Positions 47,232 through 56,168 of a DNA stretch of 63,734 bases are shown one piece after another (within the stretch, counting starts at the first letter, position 1; every line of letters begins with the position of its first letter). The notes beneath the pieces were generated by a model. That model did no database searches, was not told the origin of the DNA, and worked only from the letters and a program-made list of their open reading frames with translations. Location of the stretch: the NCBI GenBank assembly GCA_022508745.1, contig JAFLUP010000002.1, forward strand, positions 1 through 63,734, read 5' to 3'. Both the position numbers and the translations under genes were made by a program. The DNA is from Oscillospiraceae bacterium. GTDB taxonomy: Bacteria; Bacillota; Clostridia; Oscillospirales; CAG-382.

Positions 47232-48687
47232 AGTCCAGTACGATCTGCTTTTCGTCGAAGGGGGTCTTTTTGCCGCCGATGTCTTCGTAGGTCTCGTGCC
47301 CTTTCCCGATCAGCAGGATGCAATCCCCCGGCTGTGCCAGACGGAGGGCGTGCTTGATGGCTTGCCTACGATTGATGATGATTTCATATTTGCCGCCGGT
47401 CGGCTCCATACCCACGAGGATGTCAGCGATGATGTCCTCGGTTTTTTCTAACCGGGAATTGTCGGAGGTGATGATGGAAAGGTCGGAATTTTTCCCGATC
47501 ACTTCCCCCATCCCGTAGCGGCGCAGCTTGGAGCGGTTCCCGCCGCAGCCGAACACGGAAAGGATGCGCGCCGGACGGTAGCGGTGGATGGTCTCGAACA
47601 GCCCGCGGCAGCCGAATTCTTCGTGGGCGGCGTCGATGATGACGGTGAAGGGCTTGTCGATGGGCAGGACCTCCATGCGTCCCCGCACCCGTACCTCCCG
47701 AAGCCCCTGCTGCATGGCGGAGACGGGGAGGTTCAGGTCCCTTGCCACGGCGATGGCTGCCATGGCGTTGGAGAGGGAAAAGACCCCCGGGACCCCCAGC
47801 TCCACGGGGAAGGACTCCTCTCCGCAGCGGGCGGTGAAGGAGGTGTGCAGCCGGTGGTTTTCTGTGGTGAACACCGGGTCCGTAGCCCGCAGGGGGACGT
47901 CCTTTTCTACGCCGTAGACGGTGTAGGGAGTGTCGATGCCCCGGACGATCTCCGCAAAGTGCGGGTCGTTTCCGTTGACATAGCAGCGCTTGCTTTGCGG
48001 GAAGATCTGCTTCTTGCAGGCGAGGTATTCCTCCAGATCCGCGTGTTCCCCCGGACCGATGTGGTCGGGGGCGAAGTTGGTGAAGATGCCCGCGTCAAAG
48101 CGGATCCCGTAGGTACGGTGCAGCTTGAACCCTTGGGAGGCGGCCTCGATGACCACCGCCTTGCAGCCCGCGTCCAGCATCTGCCGGTAGGTGCGGTGCA
48201 GCAGGTAGGATTCCGGCGTGGTGTTGCCGGTTTCTTCGAAATGCGTGCCGTAGTAAACGCCGGTGGAGCCGATGACCCCGGTGGGGATGCCCGCGGCGTT
48301 CAAAATGCTTTGCAGCATAAAGGAGGTGCTGGTTTTCCCCTTGGTGCCGGTGATGGCGACGGTGAACAGCTTTTCGGCGGGTCGCCCGAACAGGTTGGCG
48401 GACGCCAGCGCGAGGAATTTACGGGTGTCCTCCGCGGAAATGACCGTTGCATCCGCCGGGAGGGAGAGGGGCTTCTGCGCCGCGAACAAGCGCACCCCCT
48501 TTTGGTAGGCCTCCTCCGCGCGGTCGTGCCCGTCGGCACGGAAGCCGACGATGCAGACGAAGAGCATCCCGCTGCTGTCCTCCGGCAGACGGCGGGTGTC
48601 GTATACCACGTCCGTCACGTCCGTTTCCGGCGTCATGGAGCCGTTGACCTCGCAGGGGATCCCGTTCAGCAGTTCTTGGAGTTTCAT
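47200..48687 (-). CDS. murE: UDP-MurNAc-L-Ala-D-Glu--2,6-diaminopimelate ligase
   Basis: GTKGKTST P-loop. TSDNSR at the position of the DNPR specificity motif. Adjacent to dapF. Confidence 0.92.
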   Translation of the reverse strand: MKLQELLNGIPCEVNGSMTPETDVTDVVYDTRRLPEDSSGMLFVCIVGFRADGHDRAEEAYQKGVRLFAAQKPLSLPADATVISAEDTRKFLALASANLFGRPAEKLFTVAITGTKGKTSTSFMLQSILNAAGIPTGVIGSTGVYYGTHFEETGNTTPESYLLHRTYRQMLDAGCKAVVIEAASQGFKLHRTYGIRFDAGIFTNFAPDHIGPGEHADLEEYLACKKQIFPQSKRCYVNGNDPHFAEIVRGIDTPYTVYGVEKDVPLRATDPVFTTENHRLHTSFTARCGEESFPVELGVPGVFSLSNAMAAIAVARDLNLPVSAMQQGLREVRVRGRMEVLPIDKPFTVIIDAAHEEFGCRGLFETIHRYRPARILSVFGCGGNRSKLRRYGMGEVIGKNSDLSIITSDNSRLEKTEDIIADILVGMEPTGGKYEIIINRRQAIKHALRLAQPGDCILLIGKGHETYEDIGGKKTPFDEKQIVLDFIAAGMPQDS

Positions 48688-48715
48688 GTATTTCTGTCAT
48701 TCCTTTCCCGTAGCT

Positions 48716-49564
48716 TCATATAAATAAACCGGGGATGGTTTCTTCCGTTTCCGTTCCCGATAGGGAACTTTCCGGCAGGGAGCCGGTGAAGACCACCCGG
48801 GTCTGCCCGAAAATGCGCACCGAATCCCGCTCTCTGTCCCAGCGTGCGCGGATGCTTCCGCCCCGCTGGAGGACCGCCGCGTCGCCGTTCGCTTTTCCTG
48901 CAAGAGTCGCCGCCACCACCCCCGCGGCGCTGCCGGTGGCGCAGGAGAGGGTCTCCCCGCAGCCCCGCTCCCATGTGCGCATCCGCAGACGGTGAGGATC
49001 CGCAGCGCAGAGAAATTCCACGTTGGTGCGTTCCGGGAACAGGGGGTGACTTTCCAGCGCCGGACCGAGGGTGAAGAAGGCTTCGTCCGAAAGATCCTCC
49101 GTCAGCACCACGCAGTGCGGGTTCCCGAAGGAGAGGGAGGTGAGGGACAGCTGTTTTCCGCAGACGGTCTCCTCCCGCCGGTCAAAGCGCACATGGGGCG
49201 CGCCGATTTCGGCGGAAACTTCGCGGATGCCGCCTCCGTCGCGGGTGAGAAACACCTGCCGGTCGCCGGCGAGGGTTTCCACTGTCAACCGGCTTTTGCG
49301 GGTGCGTCCGGAGAGGGCGAACAGCGCGCCGGCGCTCATGAGGGCGTTTCCGCACATCTCCGCCTCCGTTCCGTCCGGATCGAAGATGCGCATACGGAAA
49401 TCCGCGCGGTCGCTCGGGCAGAGCAGCACCAGCCCGTCCCCGCCCACGCCGAAATGCCGGTGGGAAAGGCGGGCGGCTGCCCGTGCCGGATCCGGCAAAA
49501 GCTGGTCGTGCAGATCCATGTAGATGTAATCGTTCCCGTTTGCTTGCATTTTGGTGAAGTACAC
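48716..49564 (-). CDS. dapF: Diaminopimelate epimerase
   Basis: Two catalytic Cys contexts, MCGNAL and SCATGSAA. Confidence 0.93.
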   Translation of the reverse strand: MYFTKMQANGNDYIYMDLHDQLLPDPARAAARLSHRHFGVGGDGLVLLCPSDRADFRMRIFDPDGTEAEMCGNALMSAGALFALSGRTRKSRLTVETLAGDRQVFLTRDGGGIREVSAEIGAPHVRFDRREETVCGKQLSLTSLSFGNPHCVVLTEDLSDEAFFTLGPALESHPLFPERTNVEFLCAADPHRLRMRTWERGCGETLSCATGSAAGVVAATLAGKANGDAAVLQRGGSIRARWDRERDSVRIFGQTRVVFTGSLPESSLSGTETEETIPGLFI

Positions 49565-49793
49565 AGGGGTGTGCCTCCTTATGAAATTATAGCAGATTTG
49601 CTTTTGAAATCAAGAGGATTTTGCGAAAAAGGGAAAAGAAAAGATGTTTCTCCCATGAATTTTTGTAAAAACGGTTGATTTTTTGCGGACGGTATGATAG
49701 AATGGAAACAACTGAAAGTTTCATTGTTGATCGTCATGCTGCGGCGGAAGGGAAGGAAGCGCTATCAAAAATTTCTTTGCGACGGCGTTCCGT

Positions 49794-50336
49794 ATGAAAT
49801 ACATCCGGCGCTGGGGGCTGATGTATTCCGTCCAGCCGGAGACCCTTTCCACCCATTCCCTGGAGGTGGGGCTTTGCGCCCACGCGCTGGCGCTCATCGG
49901 CAACACCCGCTTCGGGCAGTCCTATGATGCGGACCGCATCGCCACCAAAGCGCTGTACCACGATCTGCCGGAGATCTTTACCGGGGATATTCCCACGCCG
50001 GTGAAGTATTACAGCCGGGAGACGCAGGAGTCCTACTCCGCCGTGGAACAGGCGGCGCTGGAAAGGCTGTTCGGGATGCTGCCGGAGGAGCTCCGTCCGT
50101 CGTATGAGGAGATGTTCTCCCTGACGGCGGAGGAAAAGAAACTCATCAAAGCGGCGGATAAGATCTGTGCGCTGCTCAAATGCCGGGACGAACGCAACTA
50201 CGGCAACCCGGATTTCCGCGAGGCGGAAAAGACCCTACTCCAAAGCCTGCGGGAGATGCGGTGCGAGGAAGCGGATTACTTCATGGAAACCTTCGGCGAG
50301 AGCTTCTCTCAACCGATTGATACATTGCTGAAATAA
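49794..50336 (+). CDS. HD-domain 5'-deoxynucleotidase (YfbR-like); true start possibly upstream at a non-ATG codon
   Basis: RRWGLM..., HSLEV, YHDLPE motifs. See the finding about the start codon. Confidence 0.8.
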   Translation: MKYIRRWGLMYSVQPETLSTHSLEVGLCAHALALIGNTRFGQSYDADRIATKALYHDLPEIFTGDIPTPVKYYSRETQESYSAVEQAALERLFGMLPEELRPSYEEMFSLTAEEKKLIKAADKICALLKCRDERNYGNPDFREAEKTLLQSLREMRCEEADYFMETFGESFSQPIDTLLK

Positions 50337-50358
50337 CTTTACAAGGAGCTTTTTACTT

Positions 50359-51153
50359 ATGAAACTCGGTTTGATTTCCGATTCCTTCCGCCTGGATTTC
50401 GAAGGCGGGATCCGCGCTGCCTCCAAGTTGGGGGTTTCCGGCGTGCAGAAGTACCTGACCTACGGGGATTTCTCCGCGGAAAACATGACGCCCGAACGCA
50501 TCCGCGAGGTGCGGGACATCATGTCCTCCAACGGGTTGGTGTTCTCCGCCATCTGCGGGGACTTCGGCATTGATCTGGACAACGACGAAGTCATCGACCG
50601 CTCCAAGCGCGTGCTGGACGCCGCCAAGGAGCTGGGCTGCGGCATCGTGACCACCCACATCGGGCATATTGAGGAAACCGACAGCCCCCGTATGGAAAAG
50701 CTGCGTGCCCATGCGTATGAGCTGGCTTCCTATGCGGACAGCATGCAGGCAAAATTCGCCTGCGAGACCGGCACGGAAAAGGCAGTGGTCATGCGTGCGT
50801 TTTTGGATCAGCTGGGGGCGAAGGGTCTTTGCGTCAACATGGACCCGGCGAACCTGGTCATGGTGGCGAAAGACGACCCGGTGGCGGCTGTCTACACCCT
50901 GCGGGAATACATTGTACATACCCATGCAAAGGATGGCATTGTGACGGATCAGACCCCTCACGGCTGGCTGGAAGTCCCGCTCGGGACCGGCGGCGTGGAT
51001 TGGGATCGCTACCTCGCCGCGCTGCATGAGATCGGCTACACCGGCTATCTGACCGTGGAACGGGAAGTCGGCGACCAGCCTGCCGAGGACATCGGCATGG
51101 CGGTGCGTTTCCTGCGGGAGAAGCTGGCGAAGCTGAATATTCCGTTGGAATAA
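50359..51153 (+). CDS. Sugar phosphate isomerase/epimerase (xylose isomerase-like TIM barrel)
   Basis: 264 aa. RBS AAGGAG. Family-typical layout (…HIGH…, …CETG…, …HAKD…, TVERE). Confidence 0.85.
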   Translation: MKLGLISDSFRLDFEGGIRAASKLGVSGVQKYLTYGDFSAENMTPERIREVRDIMSSNGLVFSAICGDFGIDLDNDEVIDRSKRVLDAAKELGCGIVTTHIGHIEETDSPRMEKLRAHAYELASYADSMQAKFACETGTEKAVVMRAFLDQLGAKGLCVNMDPANLVMVAKDDPVAAVYTLREYIVHTHAKDGIVTDQTPHGWLEVPLGTGGVDWDRYLAALHEIGYTGYLTVEREVGDQPAEDIGMAVRFLREKLAKLNIPLE

Positions 51154-51168
51154 GCGGGAATTCGAAAC

Positions 51169-52011
51169 ATGGTACCTTTTTCCGTAGATCTTCACGGCAA
51201 GACCGCCGTTGTCACCGGCGGAGGCGGCGTGCTTTGCTCCGCCTTTGCGAAAGCGCTTGCGGAATGTGGCGCCTCTGTGGCGGTGCTGGACTTACGTCTG
51301 GAGGCCGCACAAGCGGTGGCAGAGGAGATCAACGCCTCCGGCGGGCGTGCCGTGGGCGTCGCCTGCAATGTGCTGGAGCGGGAAAGCGTCCTGCGCGCCA
51401 GGGAGGAGGTCCTTGCCGCCTTCGGGAGCGTGGACCTGCTGCTCAACGGTGCGGGAGGGAACCATCCCCGCGCTACCACGGACCGGGAGACCTTCTCTCT
51501 TTCCGATCTGGATGAAGAGGTCAAAACCTTTTTCGATTTGCAGCCGGAGGATGTTTCCTTCGTTTTCAACCTGAATTTCATCGGCACCCTGCTGCCCACG
51601 CAGGTATTCGCCCGGGACATGGCGCAAAAGGGCGGCACGATCATCAACGTGTCCTCCATGAACGCCTATCGCCCGCTGACCAAGATCCCGGCGTATTCCG
51701 CGGCGAAAAGTGCGGTTTCCAACTTCACCCAATGGCTGGCGGTGCATTTTGCGGACGCAAAGATCCGCGTCAACGCCATCGCCCCCGGCTTCTTCGCCAC
51801 GGCGCAGAACCGTTCCCTGCTGTTCCATGAGGACGGTACGCCCACCGAGCGGACCGGGAAAATCCTCGCCGCCACCCCCATGAAGCGTTTCGGGAAGCCG
51901 GAGGAATTGCTGGGCGCTCTGCTGTTTCTGGCGGACGAACGGGCGTCAGGCTTCATGACCGGCGTGGTACTTCCCGTGGACGGCGGGTTTTCCGCCTATT
52001 CGGGGGTCTGA
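51169..52011 (+). CDS. SDR family oxidoreductase
   Basis: TGGGGVLC and YSAAKSAV motifs. Confidence 0.85.
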   Translation: MVPFSVDLHGKTAVVTGGGGVLCSAFAKALAECGASVAVLDLRLEAAQAVAEEINASGGRAVGVACNVLERESVLRAREEVLAAFGSVDLLLNGAGGNHPRATTDRETFSLSDLDEEVKTFFDLQPEDVSFVFNLNFIGTLLPTQVFARDMAQKGGTIINVSSMNAYRPLTKIPAYSAAKSAVSNFTQWLAVHFADAKIRVNAIAPGFFATAQNRSLLFHEDGTPTERTGKILAATPMKRFGKPEELLGALLFLADERASGFMTGVVLPVDGGFSAYSGV

Positions 52012-52030
52012 CGGTTCTTTCACAGGATAT

Positions 52031-52065
52031 GCGCCCGGCAGGGGCGCGGTTTCCCGTTTCCTTTT
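52031..52065 (+). terminator. Possible weak terminator after the SDR gene
   Basis: GCGCCC / GGGCGC stem followed by an interrupted T-rich tract. Confidence 0.4.
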
Positions 52066-52108
52066 GCAAAGAAAACAAAAAAAGATACATTTTTAGGAGG
52101 TCAATTTC

Positions 52109-53668
52109 ATGAAAAAACATCTGCGGACATTGGTTTGCGTTCTGCTCCTTTTGAGCATGATCGCTGTTTTGGCCGCCTGTGGCGACTCGAACGACGATGC
52201 CACGGATTCCGGCAATTCGACCACGTCCAACGGCGGAAACTCTTCCGATTCGTCCGACACGTCCAAGGAAGAAGATCCGAGCGCGGAATACATCGTAGAC
52301 GGACGGTATGTCCCGAAGGTGGGCGTTCTGGACGAGTTCAAGGGCAGATCCTTCAACATCCTCGTCGTCGGCGACGGCGGCACCTATCAGTCTGACGACT
52401 TCACCACCGAACAGGGTGAGGGCGGCATCGACTACGGCGACAACTACTATGACGCCGTCCGCAACCGTAACAACCTGGTAGAGGAAAAATACGAAGTTGA
52501 GCTGATCATCAGCAAAGAGCAGAACGCTGCCGGTCTTGCCAGCCAGGACGCGGTCGCAGGCACCATGATGTATGATGCGGTGGTGCTGAACGTGGGCAAC
52601 ATGACGACTCTGGCGCGGGACGGCTATCTCTGCGACCTGAACGCGATGAGCGATTACATCGACCTCAATGCACCTTGGTGGGACGAGGATGCGAACACCG
52701 CGTTCTCCATCGGCGATAAGCTGTTCTTCGCCACCGGCGATATCACCATCATGAACAAGGCCAACACCTGGTCCATCCTGTTCAACAAGCAGATGATCGT
52801 GGATCACCAGTTGGAAAGCCCGTACACCCTGTTCAACGAGGGGAAATGGACCTTTGACAAGATGGTGGAGATGTGCCAAACCGTCAGCAACGCCACCGTC
52901 ACTTCCGAATGGGATGACAACAGCGTGACCTACGGCATGGTCGCCGCACTGGGCGATCCGATGCAGTTCTACGGCGCTTCCGGTCAGCTTCTCTGCGAGA
53001 AGGACGCGGCGAACGAGCCCTCCCTGAAGTTCGGTATGGACGAGGCTTCCGTCAACCTTGCCGTGCGTATTCTGGACGTCTTCAACGACGCGGCTTGGAA
53101 AGTCTACGGCGAGGATTGCACCGGCGGACCCAGAGGCAACGTCTGGGATGACTCTTTCGCGATCTTCTACGGCGGTCGCGCTCTGTTCCGTCCCTCGGGC
53201 TTTACCGCAGTGGCGAAGATGCGTTCCCTTTCCGAGATCGAGTTCGGTATCGTTCCTATGCCCAAGATGACCGAGGAGCAGGATGACCACTTCGTGGTGG
53301 CCAACAGCGGCTTTGCAGCGGGCATCCTCAAGGGCTGCGCTGACGAGAACTTCTCCGCTTACATGCTGGACGCTCTGGCTTCCGCGGCGAAGTACGATTC
53401 CACCGGCGGTATCACCTACGAGTATCTGGAAACCACGCTGATGGGCAAGAACTACATGGATAACGATTCCCGTGAGATGGTTGCCTACATCTTCAACCAC
53501 ATCAAGTACGACGTGGGTCGTATCTACGGCTTCGGCGGCGTGAACAACATCATGTACGGTCTGGCGAAGGACAAGAGCAGCGACGTGCGCTCCAGCTTCG
53601 ACTCGATCTATGATACGATCGAGAGCGCCATCGAAGAAACCGTGGCGGATTACGAAGCGAACACGTAA
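52109..53668 (+). CDS. ABC transporter extracellular solute-binding lipoprotein (large sugar-type SBP)
   Basis: Lipobox VLAACGDS, S/N/D-rich linker. Size and composition fit family-1 SBPs. RBS AGGAGG. Confidence 0.85.
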   Translation: MKKHLRTLVCVLLLLSMIAVLAACGDSNDDATDSGNSTTSNGGNSSDSSDTSKEEDPSAEYIVDGRYVPKVGVLDEFKGRSFNILVVGDGGTYQSDDFTTEQGEGGIDYGDNYYDAVRNRNNLVEEKYEVELIISKEQNAAGLASQDAVAGTMMYDAVVLNVGNMTTLARDGYLCDLNAMSDYIDLNAPWWDEDANTAFSIGDKLFFATGDITIMNKANTWSILFNKQMIVDHQLESPYTLFNEGKWTFDKMVEMCQTVSNATVTSEWDDNSVTYGMVAALGDPMQFYGASGQLLCEKDAANEPSLKFGMDEASVNLAVRILDVFNDAAWKVYGEDCTGGPRGNVWDDSFAIFYGGRALFRPSGFTAVAKMRSLSEIEFGIVPMPKMTEEQDDHFVVANSGFAAGILKGCADENFSAYMLDALASAAKYDSTGGITYEYLETTLMGKNYMDNDSREMVAYIFNHIKYDVGRIYGFGGVNNIMYGLAKDKSSDVRSSFDSIYDTIESAIEETVADYEANT

Positions 53669-53694
53669 TCTCATCGCAACAAATCAATCAAACC

Positions 53695-53728
53695 GGGGCT
53701 CCGTCCGTTGGACGGAGCCCCTTTTTTG
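53695..53728 (+). terminator. Intrinsic terminator
   Basis: 12-bp stem GGGGCTCCGTCC / GGACGGAGCCCC followed by TTTTTT. Confidence 0.92.
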
Positions 53729-53819
53729 CGCGGGAATTGTGCAGATTTACGGATTTTCCCACGAAAACCGGCGCGGGGAAAACAGAAGTGCAGAAATGAA
53801 AGAAATTTTTGATTTTCCC

Positions 53820-53848
53820 TTGATTTTTTTCTGCTTTTGCGGTATAGT
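53820..53848 (+). promoter_or_regulatory. Sigma-A-type promoter of the decarboxylase operon
   Basis: TTGATT (53820-53825), 17 bp spacer, TATAGT (53843-53848). Confidence 0.65.
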
Positions 53849-53923
53849 AGAAATGTAAAAATATAACATGGCAGGATATGGCTTTGACCGGATTTCTGCC
53901 ACAGAAAGAAAGGGTGTGTTCAC

Positions 53924-54451
53924 TTGAGTCATATGGATTCAGGCACGAAAAACAGGCGTCTGCTTCGCCTCCTGTCGGTGCTGCTGTTGGCGGTTCTGCT
54001 GGTCACGTTGAGCGCAGTGGCTGTCGCAGCGGACGGTAACGACGGACCGCCGGCGGAGAGCATGGAAGCGACGGGTGGGAACGAGAATTCCAACGTCTTT
54101 CCGAAGAGCGGGTATCCTAAGCCGGCAGAGGATGCAACAACGATGGACCTTTTGATGTACGGTCTGCAGGTGGCAGGCATCGGGATCCTCGTGGTGTTCC
54201 TGGTACTGGTCATCATCATGGCGATCCTGTACGTCTTCAAGCTGGTGGCGGTCTCTAAAGCAAAAAAGGCTGCACCGGCGGCTGCGCCCGCGGCGACAGC
54301 TCCTGCGGCTGCTCCGGCTGCGACTGCTGCACCGGCGGCCTCCGGTTCGGAAGAAGAGACCATCGTCGCCATCGCAACGGCTGCCATCGCCGCTTCCCGC
54401 GGCGCATCGGACTGCGCGTTCAAGGTCATTTCCGTCACGAAGATTCAATAA
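53924..54451 (+). CDS. OadG-like decarboxylase gamma subunit with extra N-terminal TM segment
   Basis: TTG 53924 (or ATG 53933). OadG-type helix GIGILVVFLVLVIIMAILYVF, A/P-rich linker and EETIVAIATAAIAA tail. Confidence 0.7.
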   Translation: MSHMDSGTKNRRLLRLLSVLLLAVLLVTLSAVAVAADGNDGPPAESMEATGGNENSNVFPKSGYPKPAEDATTMDLLMYGLQVAGIGILVVFLVLVIIMAILYVFKLVAVSKAKKAAPAAAPAATAPAAAPAATAAPAASGSEEETIVAIATAAIAASRGASDCAFKVISVTKIQ

Positions 54452-54472
54452 GAAATAAGGAGAGATAGAGAC

Positions 54473-54880
54473 ATGAAAAAATACATTGTTACGGTCAACG
54501 GTTCCAAGTATGAAGTGGTCGTGGAGGAAGCCGAACTCGGCGCGACCTATACCCCTGCCGCACCCGCGGCTCCCGCAGCCGCACCGGCTCCTGCCGCTGC
54601 TCCTGCCCCCGCTCCCGCAGCTGCACCGGCTCCTGCCGCTCCCGCTGCCGCAGCTCCTGCCGGCGACGGCGAGAAGATCACCTGCCCCATGCCCGGCACC
54701 ATCGTGAAGGTTCCGGTCAAGGCGGGTCAGGCAGTCAAGACCGGCGACGTGCTGGTGGTGTTCGAGGCCATGAAGATGGAAAACGAAGTGCAGGCTCCCC
54801 GCGACGGCGTGGTGAATTCCGTGGCGGTCTCCGAGGGCGCATCCGTCAACTCCGGCGACGTGCTGGTCGTGCTCGGTTAA
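54473..54880 (+). CDS. Biotin carboxyl carrier protein subunit
   Basis: A/P-rich linker. Biotinylation motif EAMKMENEV. Confidence 0.9.
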   Translation: MKKYIVTVNGSKYEVVVEEAELGATYTPAAPAAPAAAPAPAAAPAPAPAAAPAPAAPAAAAPAGDGEKITCPMPGTIVKVPVKAGQAVKTGDVLVVFEAMKMENEVQAPRDGVVNSVAVSEGASVNSGDVLVVLG

Positions 54881-54915
54881 GCACCTTGCGTTAGAAAACA
54901 GAAAGGTGTGATAGA

Positions 54916-56148
54916 ATGTTAGAAGCTCTGAAAGGCCTTTTCGGTTCCTCTGCCTTTGAAACCTTTATCAACTGGTTTCTGAATGAGCAGACGGACGAGA
55001 ACGGTAAGGTGCTTATGGCGCCGGGCTGGCAGTATCTGGTGATGATCGGGATCGCCTGCCTGCTTCTGTACCTTGCCATCGTCAAAAAGTTTGAACCGCT
55101 GCTGCTGATGCCCATCGCCTTCGGTATGCTGCTGGTGAATATCCCGACGCTGACGGACGGGATCTTCCACATGGAGTATTTCGTGCAGGGCGACGCCGCT
55201 GAAATTCAATGGGCGTCCCTCGGCGGGCACGGCGGTCTGCTGGATTACCTCTATCTGGGCGTAAAACTGGGCATCTTCCCGCCGCTGATCTTCCTGGGCG
55301 TAGGCGCGATGACGGACTTCAGCCCGCTGATCGCCAACCCCAAGAGCCTGCTGCTGGGCGCTGCCGCGCAGTTCGGCGTGTTTGCCGCCTTTGTGGGCGC
55401 GCTGCTGCTGGGCTTTGACGTCGTTGGCGCCGCATCCATCGGTATCATCGGCGGTGCAGACGGTCCGACTGCGATTTATGTCACCAAGACCCTTGCCCCC
55501 GCTCTGCTGGGCGCCATCGCCATCGCCGCGTATTCCTACATGGCGCTGGTTCCGCTGATCCAGCCGCCCATCATGAAGGCGCTCACCTCTAAGAAGGAGC
55601 GCATGATCAAGATGGAAGTTCTGCGTCCCGTCTCCAAGACGGAGCAGATCCTGTTCCCCATCATCGTGGCGGCGGTGGTCTGTTCCATCCTGCCCTCTGC
55701 GCTGCCGCTGGTGGGTATGCTGATGCTGGGCAACCTGCTGCGTGTCTCCGGCGTGACGGAGCGTCTTTCCAAGACCGCGCAGAATGAACTGATGAACATT
55801 GTCACCATCATGCTGGGCGTCTGCGTGGGCGCTACGGCGGATGCGTTGCACTTCTTGAATCTGGATACTCTGAAAATCATCCTTTTGGGTCTGTGCGCCT
55901 TCGCGTTTGCGACCATCGGCGGTACGCTCTTCGGCAAGGTCATGTGCCTGCTGACCGGCGGGAAGATCAACCCGCTGATCGGTTCCGCAGGCGTGTCCGC
56001 TGTTCCTATGGCGGCGCGTGTTTCCCAGAAGGTGGGTCAGCAGGAGAACCCCTCGAACTTCCTGCTGATGCACGCGATGGGTCCCAACGTGGCGGGCGTC
56101 ATCGGTTCCGCTGTGGCGGCCGGCGTCTTCCTCTCCCTCTTCCAATAA
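54916..56148 (+). CDS. oadB: Na+-translocating decarboxylase beta subunit
   Basis: 410-aa polytopic protein with OadB/GcdB/MmdB family character (…GVGAMTDF…, …GGADGPT…). Confidence 0.92.
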   Translation: MLEALKGLFGSSAFETFINWFLNEQTDENGKVLMAPGWQYLVMIGIACLLLYLAIVKKFEPLLLMPIAFGMLLVNIPTLTDGIFHMEYFVQGDAAEIQWASLGGHGGLLDYLYLGVKLGIFPPLIFLGVGAMTDFSPLIANPKSLLLGAAAQFGVFAAFVGALLLGFDVVGAASIGIIGGADGPTAIYVTKTLAPALLGAIAIAAYSYMALVPLIQPPIMKALTSKKERMIKMEVLRPVSKTEQILFPIIVAAVVCSILPSALPLVGMLMLGNLLRVSGVTERLSKTAQNELMNIVTIMLGVCVGATADALHFLNLDTLKIILLGLCAFAFATIGGTLFGKVMCLLTGGKINPLIGSAGVSAVPMAARVSQKVGQQENPSNFLLMHAMGPNVAGVIGSAVAAGVFLSLFQ

Positions 56149-56168
56149 GAAAGGCGGTTTGAAACGAT

